A stretch of 64,000 nucleotides of DNA, from IMG/VR virus record IMGVR_UViG_3300035696_000020, positions 39,892-103,891 of that record. One strand, 5' to 3'. Shown here piece by piece: positions 45,830-55,451 of this stretch. This DNA is from a virus. Position 1 is the stretch's first letter. The number at the start of each line of letters is the position of its first letter. The notes under the pieces were generated by a model. The model had not been told where the DNA came from. It worked only from the letters and a program-made list of their open reading frames with translations, and made no database searches. The position numbers were made by a program, and so were the translations under genes.

Positions 45830-46711
45830 ATGGGTACGCATGTCACCTTTACCAAGCAACTCGCCACCGCACATTCCGCAGGCATTGCGGCCTCACAGTC
45901 TGTGACCGGCGGCAATGCGTTCGTCCTGAACGGCAGCAACTACACCAACTACCTTTCCACGACCTCTAGTGCCGCTGCCGCCGTAGGCGCGGTGGTTATC
46001 CCAATGACGGCAACAACTGGAGTTGTTGTTGGGCAGACCATTACAGACACCACGACCTCTGGCGCGCTTGTTGCGGGTACGACCGTCCAAGCTGTTAGCG
46101 CAACCTCAGTAACTATCTGGCCTCCAGTTGCGGGGTCTGTGGGCATTGGCAGTGGCGATACCATTGTCTTCCCTGGCTTGGCGACGATCGACACCGCTAC
46201 GGCGGCAAATAGTGCAATTGGCCGGCGTGTTGTCATTGCATACTCAGGCTCAGATACGACGTTCACCATTGTTGGCACGAACACCAACGGTGCCACGATT
46301 AGCGAGACTATCACTGGTGTAAGTGGTGCAGTCCAGTCCAACATGGATTTTGTGACGGTATCGAGCATTACCCCGGTCGGTAGCATCACCGGAGCCACCG
46401 CTGGGACTAACGGTGTCGGTTCGTCTCAATGGTGGACATTCAACTGGCGTGGTTACTCGCCAATGAATTTGGGCATGGCGGTGGAACTTGTGTCTGGCGC
46501 TGTCAACTTCACGGTACAGCACACCTACGATGATCCGAACAATCTAAGGGCTAGCGCAACCTATCCGCTACCATTCAATGATCCAATCATCACTGGCGCA
46601 AGCAATAATATTGACGCTATTTCCACGGGACCAATTACCGCGTCTCGTGTGCTCATAAATTCAGGAACCGGCGAAATTAGAGTGCGCTTCCTGCAAGCTG
46701 GGGCTGGCTAA
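45830..46711 (+). CDS. Virion structural protein
   Basis: Thr/Gly-rich beta protein; NFTVQHTYDDP; C-terminal LQAG. Confidence 0.7.
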   Translation: MGTHVTFTKQLATAHSAGIAASQSVTGGNAFVLNGSNYTNYLSTTSSAAAAVGAVVIPMTATTGVVVGQTITDTTTSGALVAGTTVQAVSATSVTIWPPVAGSVGIGSGDTIVFPGLATIDTATAANSAIGRRVVIAYSGSDTTFTIVGTNTNGATISETITGVSGAVQSNMDFVTVSSITPVGSITGATAGTNGVGSSQWWTFNWRGYSPMNLGMAVELVSGAVNFTVQHTYDDPNNLRASATYPLPFNDPIITGASNNIDAISTGPITASRVLINSGTGEIRVRFLQAGAG

Positions 46712-47982
46712 TGCTTAAATTTTGGATTGCCATAGCTGCATTCTTAAGTGCGGCATCATTTTCCTATGGGCAGGAAGCAATTCCGGTCATTCCATTGCCG
46801 TTTGCGCCGAATGGAGCGTTTGCGACGCTCACGGCTACGGGTTCATCAGCATCGGTTGCATTGCCGGCAGGTTCATCGGTGATTTTTTATAATACTGGTA
46901 CAACTACGGTTAGTTGCACGTTGGGGGTTGGGTCTGCAACAGCTACGACTAATGAGAACCAAATTCCGTCAGGTGGCAGTCTAGGGTTTACCGTTGGCGC
47001 AAATACCTTTGGAGCCTGTATTGACCAAACTGGTTCCGCAAGTAACGTTGTTGTCCTGGCTGGCGGGGCGGGTGGTGGTGGGGGTGGTTCAGGTGGCGGT
47101 GGTGGGTCTGGTGGAAGTGGCCTTGCAGTAACCGATGAGGCTTCATGGACTGCTGGTACATCTCAATTCACCCCGACAGGCGGTGTTTTTAACGATAGTG
47201 CCCAGGCGCTTACCAGCGGGCAGCAAGGTACGGTTCGTCTTACGAACGATAGACAGATGCATGTTCTTGACTCTGCGGTACTCGCAGCGGTGGAGTCGGC
47301 TGTTCCATTATATAATGTGACGGCATGGAATACAATCACTCCGTACACAACTGGTACGACAAATGCTGGTACGGGTAACTTATACGGCAATCTGTATGTC
47401 GATCTTGGCAAGAACAACGGTAGTGCAGGAACTGCCTCCACTAATGTACTGACTGTTCAGGGCATTGCATCGATGACTGCCCTTACGGTGGCTGGTGCCG
47501 TTGCTCAGGGTGCTGCATATTCCGCGCAGACATTTGTTCCCGTAATGGGTCTCGCTTCAACAAATGCTCCAACAGCAACTACGGGGGATTTGTGGGCTCT
47601 TAGCATTTCGCCAGCGAGTGGTGGCGTCCGCATCGATCTAAAGGACACGGCAGCAAATACGAACAACTTAAACGTCATCAATGGTGCCAATTTCTATCAA
47701 ACTCAGGCAGCCTCAACGGGGATAACCGCTTTGACTGGCGGCGGTGGTGGTGCGACGGGTGACTATCTCTCTCATTGCACCGTGATCCCGACATCAACCA
47801 CGACCGGGGTGTTTACGATTACCGACAATGCAACTGCCATTTATTCCTTCCCTGGCGGCACATCGGCCCTTTCAAATTTGGTTCCGTGGACAATTCCGGT
47901 CGGGGCTAAGAGCGTTAGCGGGGCGTGGAAGATCACGACAGGCGCAGGTCTCTCGGTCGTCTGTGTAGGCAAGTTCACATGA
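46711..47982 (+). CDS. Gly/Thr-rich fibre-like protein with signal peptide
   Basis: MLKFWIAIAAFLSAASFSYG/Q; C-terminal S.SGAWKITTGAG.SV...GKFT. Confidence 0.7.
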   Translation: MLKFWIAIAAFLSAASFSYGQEAIPVIPLPFAPNGAFATLTATGSSASVALPAGSSVIFYNTGTTTVSCTLGVGSATATTNENQIPSGGSLGFTVGANTFGACIDQTGSASNVVVLAGGAGGGGGGSGGGGGSGGSGLAVTDEASWTAGTSQFTPTGGVFNDSAQALTSGQQGTVRLTNDRQMHVLDSAVLAAVESAVPLYNVTAWNTITPYTTGTTNAGTGNLYGNLYVDLGKNNGSAGTASTNVLTVQGIASMTALTVAGAVAQGAAYSAQTFVPVMGLASTNAPTATTGDLWALSISPASGGVRIDLKDTAANTNNLNVINGANFYQTQAASTGITALTGGGGGATGDYLSHCTVIPTSTTTGVFTITDNATAIYSFPGGTSALSNLVPWTIPVGAKSVSGAWKITTGAGLSVVCVGKFT

Positions 47983-48217
47983 TCCGATACATTATCATCT
48001 TTGTAATTGCGTTCATGCTCGGCTCTGCCGGGGCGCGGTATGTCGCCGCTCCATTAAAGGAACGCGAGGCAGCAGGATCGAATGCCTGCGGCTACATTAT
48101 GGCAATGTGGTTGACGCCTAGTTGGAGGGGACAACTCAACGAATCTGCCCAGCACGATCTAAGGGAAGTTTTCAGGATTTGTCGGCCATTTAATGCCGCT
48201 CCCGAGGAAGCCTATAA

Positions 48218-49210
48218 ATGATTGCGCGCAGCATCGCTGCTGTTTTATTGGCGCTCGGCCTTGCGGCGCTTGCCCACGCGCAGCAGATAGGCGGGTTTCC
48301 TCCCGGTGTGTTTCTTGATCGCGGGGCACTTGATCCGGTAGTCGCGTCCTATTCGGGGCCAGGCGATGTCGTCAGCGGCGCTTATATGTGGTGGGGCCTG
48401 CGCTGCTATACAGCGACCTATTCCGGGAATGTCGTTGACATCACGGACTCTGCCACAGGAAATACGACCGGCACTCGTCTTCAGTGTTCCACTGGCGGCG
48501 TCATTTCTGCGGTCGTAAGCGCAAGCGCCTGTACTTTTGTCACCGGAAATGCCTGTTCGCCATTATTGACGACGTGCGCCCTGGCCTGCAATGTCGAGAA
48601 GCTTTACGATCAAAGTGGCAATACGAACTGCAACAGCGCAGCGTGTGATATATATAGGCCGGTTAACGCAAACCGGCCGACCCTTACTTTGAATTGCGTT
48701 AATACTACGTTGTCTTGTATAAGTTTTGTCGGAACTGCTCTAACTCTCACATCAGTAAGTCAAGTCATTCCAACCGCAGCACAGCCTTTAACTTATTCAA
48801 TTATGTCGGTTAGAACGGGTTCGTTTACCACGGAGCAATATATTGCTTCGGATAGCGGCATCAATAATATCATTGAATATAAAGCGGCAAATACCGTCCA
48901 AATGTATGCCGGATCGGCTTTCAAGGCCGCGACGGCATCAGATAGTTCTTTTCATGCCCTGCAAGCCATTTTGAGTGGTACATCAAGTGTTTTTGATGTG
49001 GATGGTACTGACACGCCGGAAAACACACCAGGAACATCAGGCATAACTAGCGGTGGTCATATATTACTTGGTAATAGCGGCGCGGCCAGTTACCAACTGA
49101 CCGAAGCTGGTGTTTGGAACTCAGCGTTTACGACAGGTGCGGGGTCGCAAGCCGCCAAGATGTGCCATAATCAACGACTTTATTGGCTTGCGGATAGTTC
49201 GACATGCTAA
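48218..49210 (+). CDS. Lectin/ConA-like (arabinofuranosidase-B-like) protein with signal peptide
   Basis: AHA/Q signal; WGLR; VEKLYDQSGN; RPTL. Confidence 0.65.
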   Translation: MIARSIAAVLLALGLAALAHAQQIGGFPPGVFLDRGALDPVVASYSGPGDVVSGAYMWWGLRCYTATYSGNVVDITDSATGNTTGTRLQCSTGGVISAVVSASACTFVTGNACSPLLTTCALACNVEKLYDQSGNTNCNSAACDIYRPVNANRPTLTLNCVNTTLSCISFVGTALTLTSVSQVIPTAAQPLTYSIMSVRTGSFTTEQYIASDSGINNIIEYKAANTVQMYAGSAFKAATASDSSFHALQAILSGTSSVFDVDGTDTPENTPGTSGITSGGHILLGNSGAASYQLTEAGVWNSAFTTGAGSQAAKMCHNQRLYWLADSSTC

Positions 49211-49365
49211 AACGCATTGTCGTAGCCATTGTGGTTGTCACTGGCCTCTCAATCTCAGCGTCAGCATGGGTGCACGGCATCTTAGGCGGTGGCGCGAATT
49301 GCCTACTCGACGGCAGTGGCGGGCTCATTCTTGATGGCAGCGGTGGATGTATAGTCGCGCAATGA
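49204..49365 (+). CDS. Small signal-peptide protein (53 aa; not in the ORF track)
   Basis: MLKRIVVAIVVVTGLSISASA/W; LLDGSGG-LILDGSGG; ATGA overlap with the next gene. Confidence 0.6.
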   Translation: MLKRIVVAIVVVTGLSISASAWVHGILGGGANCLLDGSGGLILDGSGGCIVAQ

Positions 49366-52166
49366 AGCGGATCGTTCATGCGTTCATTGGCGCGGCGCTG
49401 TTCGCCGTGCTGGTGCTGGCGCTTGACTTGCACAGCGTCAGTGTGCGGTGGGCGCTCGCGAACACGAACTGGTCGTCGTTCACCTACTGCTTGACGGGCG
49501 GCAGTCTTTGCCGGGGCGACTACAATCGCTTCACCGACTATGGCATCAACGTCCTTGAGTTCAGCGGCATCGATCCTAGTGGCAGTGCGGACTCAACCGC
49601 TGCAATCCAAGCAGCAATTGACTGCTCATTCGGTACTGGCATGGGTTGCTCCAGCTTTACCAGCGGTAAGGTCTATATCCCAGCCGGCGTCTACAAGACG
49701 ACGCAACCGATCTTCGATGACCCACCCGGAAACCTGCGCGGCAAGGTCAGTTACGTCACCAGTGCAAATTCGACCGTTGCCGCGACGACTGCCCTGGTAC
49801 TCGGCGGCAGCGATACAACGAATGGCCTTTATGCCGGGATGCAGATTTCTGGTACTGACATCCAAGCTGGCACCTTCATCGCGAGCATCACGGACAGCAA
49901 GAATATTGTAATGAGCCAAGCCGGAAGCGGCGCGGCATCCAATGTCGTCATCACATTCAACGGCGCATGGAGCAACAGCGTCGGTTACGCGCAGAACTAC
50001 ATCGTCAGCTACAACGGCATTCCGTGGGTTTCGCTCGATGCAGGGACCAACACCGGCAACACGCCATCAGTGTCATCGACGCATTGGGCCTCGACAACGA
50101 TCACTCCGACCAACGGTAGCGTCACGCCGTCCCTGACGGGAGTTGCTGGACTTCCGAGCAATGCCTACGGGGCGTCGTTACACCCGCAATTCAACAATGC
50201 CCCGATCCTGTGGACGAGCACAGGCAACGGTCACACTGTCTCGAACCTTGACATCTATGCCTCCGCTGCCCTGACGGGTAGCGCGGCGCAACGATACAAC
50301 TGCGGGCTTCCGCCTGCTGGGATCAGCGGAGCGGTTGCTGGTGCCAATGGTGGTGCGGTCGTCGGTGGTGTCGGCATCGCGATCCCGAGCGGCACCAACG
50401 GTGCATCTGGGACGACCATCGAGAACGTCAGAATAACTGATGTCTTCGCGAGCATCATGGTCGGTGCGGACGGCATCTCAGCGACGGGGTCGGAGAACTA
50501 TTTTCGCAATGTATGGAACAACAATGCCTGTATTGGCATCTGGTTCTCGACCAATGAAGTGTTCACAAACTCGGTCGTGGACTCGCACATCTGTGGAACG
50601 ATTGCCTACTACGCAGTCGTTGGCGGCGATGTACGGATAAGCCACGGCGACACGGGCGCCTGCGGATCGAACGGCAAGACAAACAGCTTTACGGTCGGAA
50701 GCACCGGATCGTTCAGCATCAGCGGCAACAACGTTACGTTCAACACGACAATCACGCTCAATGGCGACGGAAACGACTCCTACCTGACGGTGTGCGCAAC
50801 GGCGCCGAGCAACATCGGAATGCCACTTGGCTCCCTGTTTTGCAATTACAATACCTGGACGATGATTTCGAGTTACTATGGCGTCGTCCCATTGATCTTA
50901 AAAGCGTATAATTCCAGCACTCAGGTCGCGACGTTCCAGACACTTCCGATGTGGGGACAGCAGAACTTTGCCACGCTGAGCGCAACGGACTTGCAAGCCG
51001 ATCTAACCGCTGTGACGACGATCTACACTGCCGAACAGGTGACGCTGTTCTATGGCGGGAACATCTCGGCGGATGGGCTACACATCGAGGTCCAGGTCCC
51101 GCCCACGTTGATCGCCGATACCTATCAGGCAGTCGGTTCGGCGACGAATACCGTGCGGCTCCAGAACATCATGCTAAACTATGGACCGGACGAAACTTGT
51201 TCTCCCTATCCATGCTCCGCTGCCAATCTATCGACGTTCCTGACGGCGCAGTCATTCCCGACCTTTTACGTCCAAACCACAAACCTCACCGGCCGCAATA
51301 TCAGTTCGGCACAGGGTACTAACAACATCATCATTGATGTGCTGAACACCAAACGCTTCGACTTCCAGCAAGTCGGCCTAAAGCCCAATATGCGTGTCTC
51401 CACCAATGGCGGCGGCCCATTCACGCAATATTACTATAGCTGGTGCGGACCTGCCTACGGATGTGGAACGTGGGATGTGAGCCCGTTCGTACCGATACAA
51501 AATTCGGACTCCAAGTCGATGCGGACGGTTGGTTGGACTTCCGGTCAAGCGTGGGGTGTGCGGCCGGCGCTTAACTCGACGCCCCGCATCACGCCAACGA
51601 CGCTCACGACTACTATGGGGTGTACTGGCGGCCCGCCGTTGACGTGCACGCTTCCCGCGATCAGCCCCAGCGCTAATATTTCTTATCCGCTATTGAGCGG
51701 CGACGTTTTTTACAGCCTCGGTCCCGACTGGAACAGCGGCTCGCTCACCCACGCTTTCTTCCATAGCTCGCACAAGTTCTACAGTTACGGCCAGCCGCTC
51801 ACGACCAGCAACGTGACCGGGCTCAACTGGACGTACAAGGGGCAGAGCTGGGTCGTGTACTTGTGCGCGAACGCGCCGGGTGCGGTGCCGGGGCAGTGCA
51901 CCGCAAACGAGACGGCGCTGCTCGGCATGATGTTTCCTGGTCTCGGCGTCCAGTTCAACTGCGGCACTGATTGCAGCAACACGGATGAGACCTACATGGT
52001 GACGGGCGTTTACCCAGGCCTTGGCTATATCACGGTTCTCAATGCCAATCAGGATGGCGGGCCGAACGGTCTCGTGGGCACCAAGACGACGGTCTACACT
52101 TGCCCGAGCAATTGCCCGGTGACGCAGATCAACCAACAATTATATTCAATCACCGAGTATCCCTGA
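49362..52166 (+). CDS. Tailspike/pectin-lyase-like beta-helix protein with CBM5/12-like insert and signal peptide
   Basis: INVLEF..IDPSGSADSTAAIQAAID...KVYIPAGVYK; AWSNSVGYAQNYIVSYNG..W...NTGNTP....HW. Confidence 0.75.
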   Translation: MKRIVHAFIGAALFAVLVLALDLHSVSVRWALANTNWSSFTYCLTGGSLCRGDYNRFTDYGINVLEFSGIDPSGSADSTAAIQAAIDCSFGTGMGCSSFTSGKVYIPAGVYKTTQPIFDDPPGNLRGKVSYVTSANSTVAATTALVLGGSDTTNGLYAGMQISGTDIQAGTFIASITDSKNIVMSQAGSGAASNVVITFNGAWSNSVGYAQNYIVSYNGIPWVSLDAGTNTGNTPSVSSTHWASTTITPTNGSVTPSLTGVAGLPSNAYGASLHPQFNNAPILWTSTGNGHTVSNLDIYASAALTGSAAQRYNCGLPPAGISGAVAGANGGAVVGGVGIAIPSGTNGASGTTIENVRITDVFASIMVGADGISATGSENYFRNVWNNNACIGIWFSTNEVFTNSVVDSHICGTIAYYAVVGGDVRISHGDTGACGSNGKTNSFTVGSTGSFSISGNNVTFNTTITLNGDGNDSYLTVCATAPSNIGMPLGSLFCNYNTWTMISSYYGVVPLILKAYNSSTQVATFQTLPMWGQQNFATLSATDLQADLTAVTTIYTAEQVTLFYGGNISADGLHIEVQVPPTLIADTYQAVGSATNTVRLQNIMLNYGPDETCSPYPCSAANLSTFLTAQSFPTFYVQTTNLTGRNISSAQGTNNIIIDVLNTKRFDFQQVGLKPNMRVSTNGGGPFTQYYYSWCGPAYGCGTWDVSPFVPIQNSDSKSMRTVGWTSGQAWGVRPALNSTPRITPTTLTTTMGCTGGPPLTCTLPAISPSANISYPLLSGDVFYSLGPDWNSGSLTHAFFHSSHKFYSYGQPLTTSNVTGLNWTYKGQSWVVYLCANAPGAVPGQCTANETALLGMMFPGLGVQFNCGTDCSNTDETYMVTGVYPGLGYITVLNANQDGGPNGLVGTKTTVYTCPSNCPVTQINQQLYSITEYP

Positions 52167-52417
52167 TGCTCTGGTTCATCTCCGCACAACTGGCGTGCTC
52201 GCCAACCTAATGGTCTACGCTAAACAAATCAAAGAACTATCAGACTCGATGTCCCAACTCCTAGATGACATGGGTAGGGAAGGACAGTCTGTAAGCCTAT
52301 ACGCCAAGGCAAAGGCACGTATAGCCTTTGAGCCATTCCGTGATCTGGATGACGACCCTACGGCGTATATGAACCTAGATCACGCAATCAGCATCGTCGC
52401 AGAAACAGAGGGATGAG

Positions 52418-52642
52418 ATGAAAAAGATCGTAGCAGTAGCGTTATTCCCATGGCTTGTAATGACTGCCAATGCCGCAGACAAGATTGTAACGCTCAATGA
52501 CAATGAGCGCGCCGCAATCACCAAAGAACTCTGCGACGCGGCACGATACGCAAACCGCATGCTCGCCGATCAGGTGTGCGCGTACTTCGAAAAGAAGTTT
52601 GCCGACGCGCCGGTAGCCGAGCCAAAGAAGGACGACAAGTAA
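52418..52642 (+). CDS. Small secreted helical protein
   Basis: MKKIVAVALFPWLVMTANA/A. Confidence 0.55.
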   Translation: MKKIVAVALFPWLVMTANAADKIVTLNDNERAAITKELCDAARYANRMLADQVCAYFEKKFADAPVAEPKKDDK

Positions 52643-52995
52643 TGAATGCCTTTGACCAGTTGGTTGAAACCATTTCCAAGACAGAAAACCCGCTATCGTT
52701 GGCTGGGTCATTGCCGGAAGTTAAGGCTGGCATGGCAGCACTTTTGGAACGGTTGCAAGCTCTAGAAAACAAGGCAGGCATCACGCCAGAAACGCCAGAT
52801 TTCCCAACTAACTGATGTGTTGGCTGTCATTCCTCGCAGGGATGGCAACTACAGGGCTGCTACTTGTCGCGGCGTTCGTCGGGGTCGTGCTGTGGATTTT
52901 CTTTCATAGGAAGGTGAAGAGTGGACCTAGGCACTTGCGCACCTAGCAGTCATTACGTACCATTCCCGATTGATTCGGGGAAGGGGGAAGGCGTG

Positions 52996-53856
52996 ATGAA
53001 GGGGTGGGCGTATGAGGTGTCTGACTACTACCGCATGTCACCAAGGCCAAAGCCTTCCTATGAAGCGGTAAGGCGAGCACGGCCACAGGTCGTCAAGAAT
53101 CTGCTTATTGCGTTTAGAATTAACGACAATACGCGACACAAGTGCATTGTCTATGCCGCAATCAACAAAACTAACAACAAGATTTATATTGGCAAGACCG
53201 TCATGGGTCTGGCTAGGCGCAAGATAGGACATTTGGTAGCGTCTAATCAGGATAGGAAAAGTCTCTTTTGTTCCGCTATCAAAAAATATGGCATAGATGG
53301 GTTCCATTGGATCGTTCTACAAAAATGTAGAGATGAGGAACACGCGTATGAAAGAGAAAAATACGCTGTAGCTGCCATATTGCCAGAATACAATATGTCC
53401 GAGGGAGGGATAGGCGGTGCTGCTGGTAAGATTGTTCAGACCACAGAATGGGAGCCATCTCCAGAGGCCATCGATATTGCTCTCAAAGAGCAAAGAGAAC
53501 TAGCCAAGAAAAATAACGTATCAAAGATCGAACCTAAATGGTCTCATTCTCAGGAATCGAAAGAAAGACGTTCTGCCGCTAAAAAGAAATGGTGGGACGA
53601 TAAAAGAAAAAATGAGGAAGAGTTCTCTGCGTTTCTGGCTGATATGCGCATTTCGAGACGAAAGCCAGAGTTTCATAAAAAAGCAAAAAGAGTTATGTGC
53701 ATAACTGATAATAATAAGGTGTTCCCGAGCATAGCATCTGCGGCAACTTTTTACAATATCAGCAAACCTACTGTTGCAAGGTCCTGCAAGAAAAATGGGG
53801 CATACAAGTACCCTAGAAATCATAGATTTGTATATGTAGATTCTATAAAGAAATGA
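52996..53856 (+). CDS. GIY-YIG homing endonuclease with C-terminal NUMOD1-like HTH (start uncertain)
   Basis: IVYAAINKTNNKIYIGKT..L.RR; AIKKYG; E...YN; VFPSIASAATFYNI. Confidence 0.85.
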   Translation: MKGWAYEVSDYYRMSPRPKPSYEAVRRARPQVVKNLLIAFRINDNTRHKCIVYAAINKTNNKIYIGKTVMGLARRKIGHLVASNQDRKSLFCSAIKKYGIDGFHWIVLQKCRDEEHAYEREKYAVAAILPEYNMSEGGIGGAAGKIVQTTEWEPSPEAIDIALKEQRELAKKNNVSKIEPKWSHSQESKERRSAAKKKWWDDKRKNEEEFSAFLADMRISRRKPEFHKKAKRVMCITDNNKVFPSIASAATFYNISKPTVARSCKKNGAYKYPRNHRFVYVDSIKK

Positions 53857-54539
53857 CAGGCACCTCAGGAACCTATTCATTCAATCCACCTATAGGCTCT
53901 TTAGCTCAAAGCGCTTTAGCACGTTGCGGAGTTCATAGAACAGCGATCACTTCGCAGCATATGGACGACGCTTATCTTGAATCTAACTATATGCAAAAAG
54001 CGTGGTCCAATGATGGACTGACGCTATGGACGGTTGACTTACAGACTATTTCCTTAATTCAAGGGACTGCTACCTATTCCGTCCCGGCAGAAACGGTGAT
54101 GATTCTTGACCTTTACATTACTGTTTCAAACAATAACAATCGCTTGATATATCCATTTTCGCGAACTGACTACGCGAGTTTAGCTAACCCACAAACTCAA
54201 GGCGTACCGACAAGCTTCTGGTTCGATAGGTTGGAAACATCTCCCACGGTTACTTTCTGGCCTGTACCAGATGGTGGAGGACCGTACACGGCTAGCTATT
54301 ACCGCTACAGGGAAATTCAAGATGCAAACATACCGCAAGGCGGCAATGTCGAAGTGCCAGAACTCTGGCTAGACGTTTTTGTTGCCGGTTTAGCCCATAG
54401 ATTATCAAGAATATATGCACCTACTTTAGAAGCACAACGTAAGGCTGATTACGATATTGCTTATGAGTTGGCAGCAAAGCAGAATACGGAAAACGTGCCT
54501 TTGTTTTTTAACCCAGCTTTGCAAGGCTATTTTAGATAA
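53853..54539 (+). CDS. Head-tail adaptor/connector-like protein
   Basis: TSGTYSFN, WSNDGL.LWT, SRTDY..L.N..TQG.PT.FWFDR, FWPVPD, AGLA.RL. Confidence 0.75.
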   Translation: MTGTSGTYSFNPPIGSLAQSALARCGVHRTAITSQHMDDAYLESNYMQKAWSNDGLTLWTVDLQTISLIQGTATYSVPAETVMILDLYITVSNNNNRLIYPFSRTDYASLANPQTQGVPTSFWFDRLETSPTVTFWPVPDGGGPYTASYYRYREIQDANIPQGGNVEVPELWLDVFVAGLAHRLSRIYAPTLEAQRKADYDIAYELAAKQNTENVPLFFNPALQGYFR

Positions 54540-54959
54540 ATGGGTCGCCCGCAGAGTAGATATACTAGAGTTAATCCGACCAATCCCGAAGGCGCCGGTC
54601 AGTGCGACAGGTGCGGGAGATGGTTTAACCTTCGTTCTTTGCAATGGCAATACGAATGGAGTGGAACGCACCTTTATAATAAAAGAATACTAGTATGCAC
54701 CGAAGGCGGTTGTCTAGATGTTCCGCAGGAACAATTGAGGACAATTATACTTCCTCCAGACCCTCCACCACTAGTTAATGCTCGTGTTCCTGATTTCTAT
54801 TATGAAGAGCAGACTGTTCGTATAGTACAGTTTGCCGATCCAACATTAGCCCAGCCACCTTGGGGAGACGGCCCACAATTAACGCGGTGCCTGCAATTTG
54901 CTGGGCAAAATTCGAACAGTCCCATTACGCGCGAAATACAATATTTGACTAGCATTTGA
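54540..54959 (+). CDS. Zn-binding conserved virion-region protein
   Basis: CDRCG...LVC...CLD.PQEQL...DP.P..NAR. Confidence 0.7.
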   Translation: MGRPQSRYTRVNPTNPEGAGQCDRCGRWFNLRSLQWQYEWSGTHLYNKRILVCTEGGCLDVPQEQLRTIILPPDPPPLVNARVPDFYYEEQTVRIVQFADPTLAQPPWGDGPQLTRCLQFAGQNSNSPITREIQYLTSI

Positions 54960-54965
54960 GGTTTG

Positions 54966-55451
54966 ATGGCCCTAGCAGTACCGGCTGATGGCCGTATAAC
55001 ATCCCAAGCAATTCTAGTACCACCGCAGACTGGTGGCGAGGTGATGGAAATCGTCTCGCCTGGGAACGCGGCATTAGGGAACACGTATCAAATTACGCTT
55101 GCGAATCTCGCGGCGTTCTTTGCCGGGTATCCGGTGATGAATACCGAGACGATCACTGCGGGCGCGACGCTTGCTAGTCCGTTCCAAGTTGAGACTACGG
55201 ACACGTGGATTCTGTTTAACAAGACGATTGGCTCGGCGAGCTATGCGACGTTACCGTTGGCTGCGAGCATGGTTTATCCTGGCCCGGTCTTTTTCAAGGA
55301 TTTGAAGGGCGACGCTGCGACGAATAACATTACGATTCAGTTCAGCGCAGGGCAATTGTGTGATGGGCTGACCACTATCGTTATTTCCGATGCCTACGGA
55401 TGGGTACGCATTGCGCCAGTTAGCGGGGGTAATGCATGGTATCAGTGCTAA
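54966..55451 (+). CDS. Virion structural protein
   Basis: TLPLA, KD..GDAATNNITI, I...YG. Confidence 0.65.
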   Translation: MALAVPADGRITSQAILVPPQTGGEVMEIVSPGNAALGNTYQITLANLAAFFAGYPVMNTETITAGATLASPFQVETTDTWILFNKTIGSASYATLPLAASMVYPGPVFFKDLKGDAATNNITIQFSAGQLCDGLTTIVISDAYGWVRIAPVSGGNAWYQC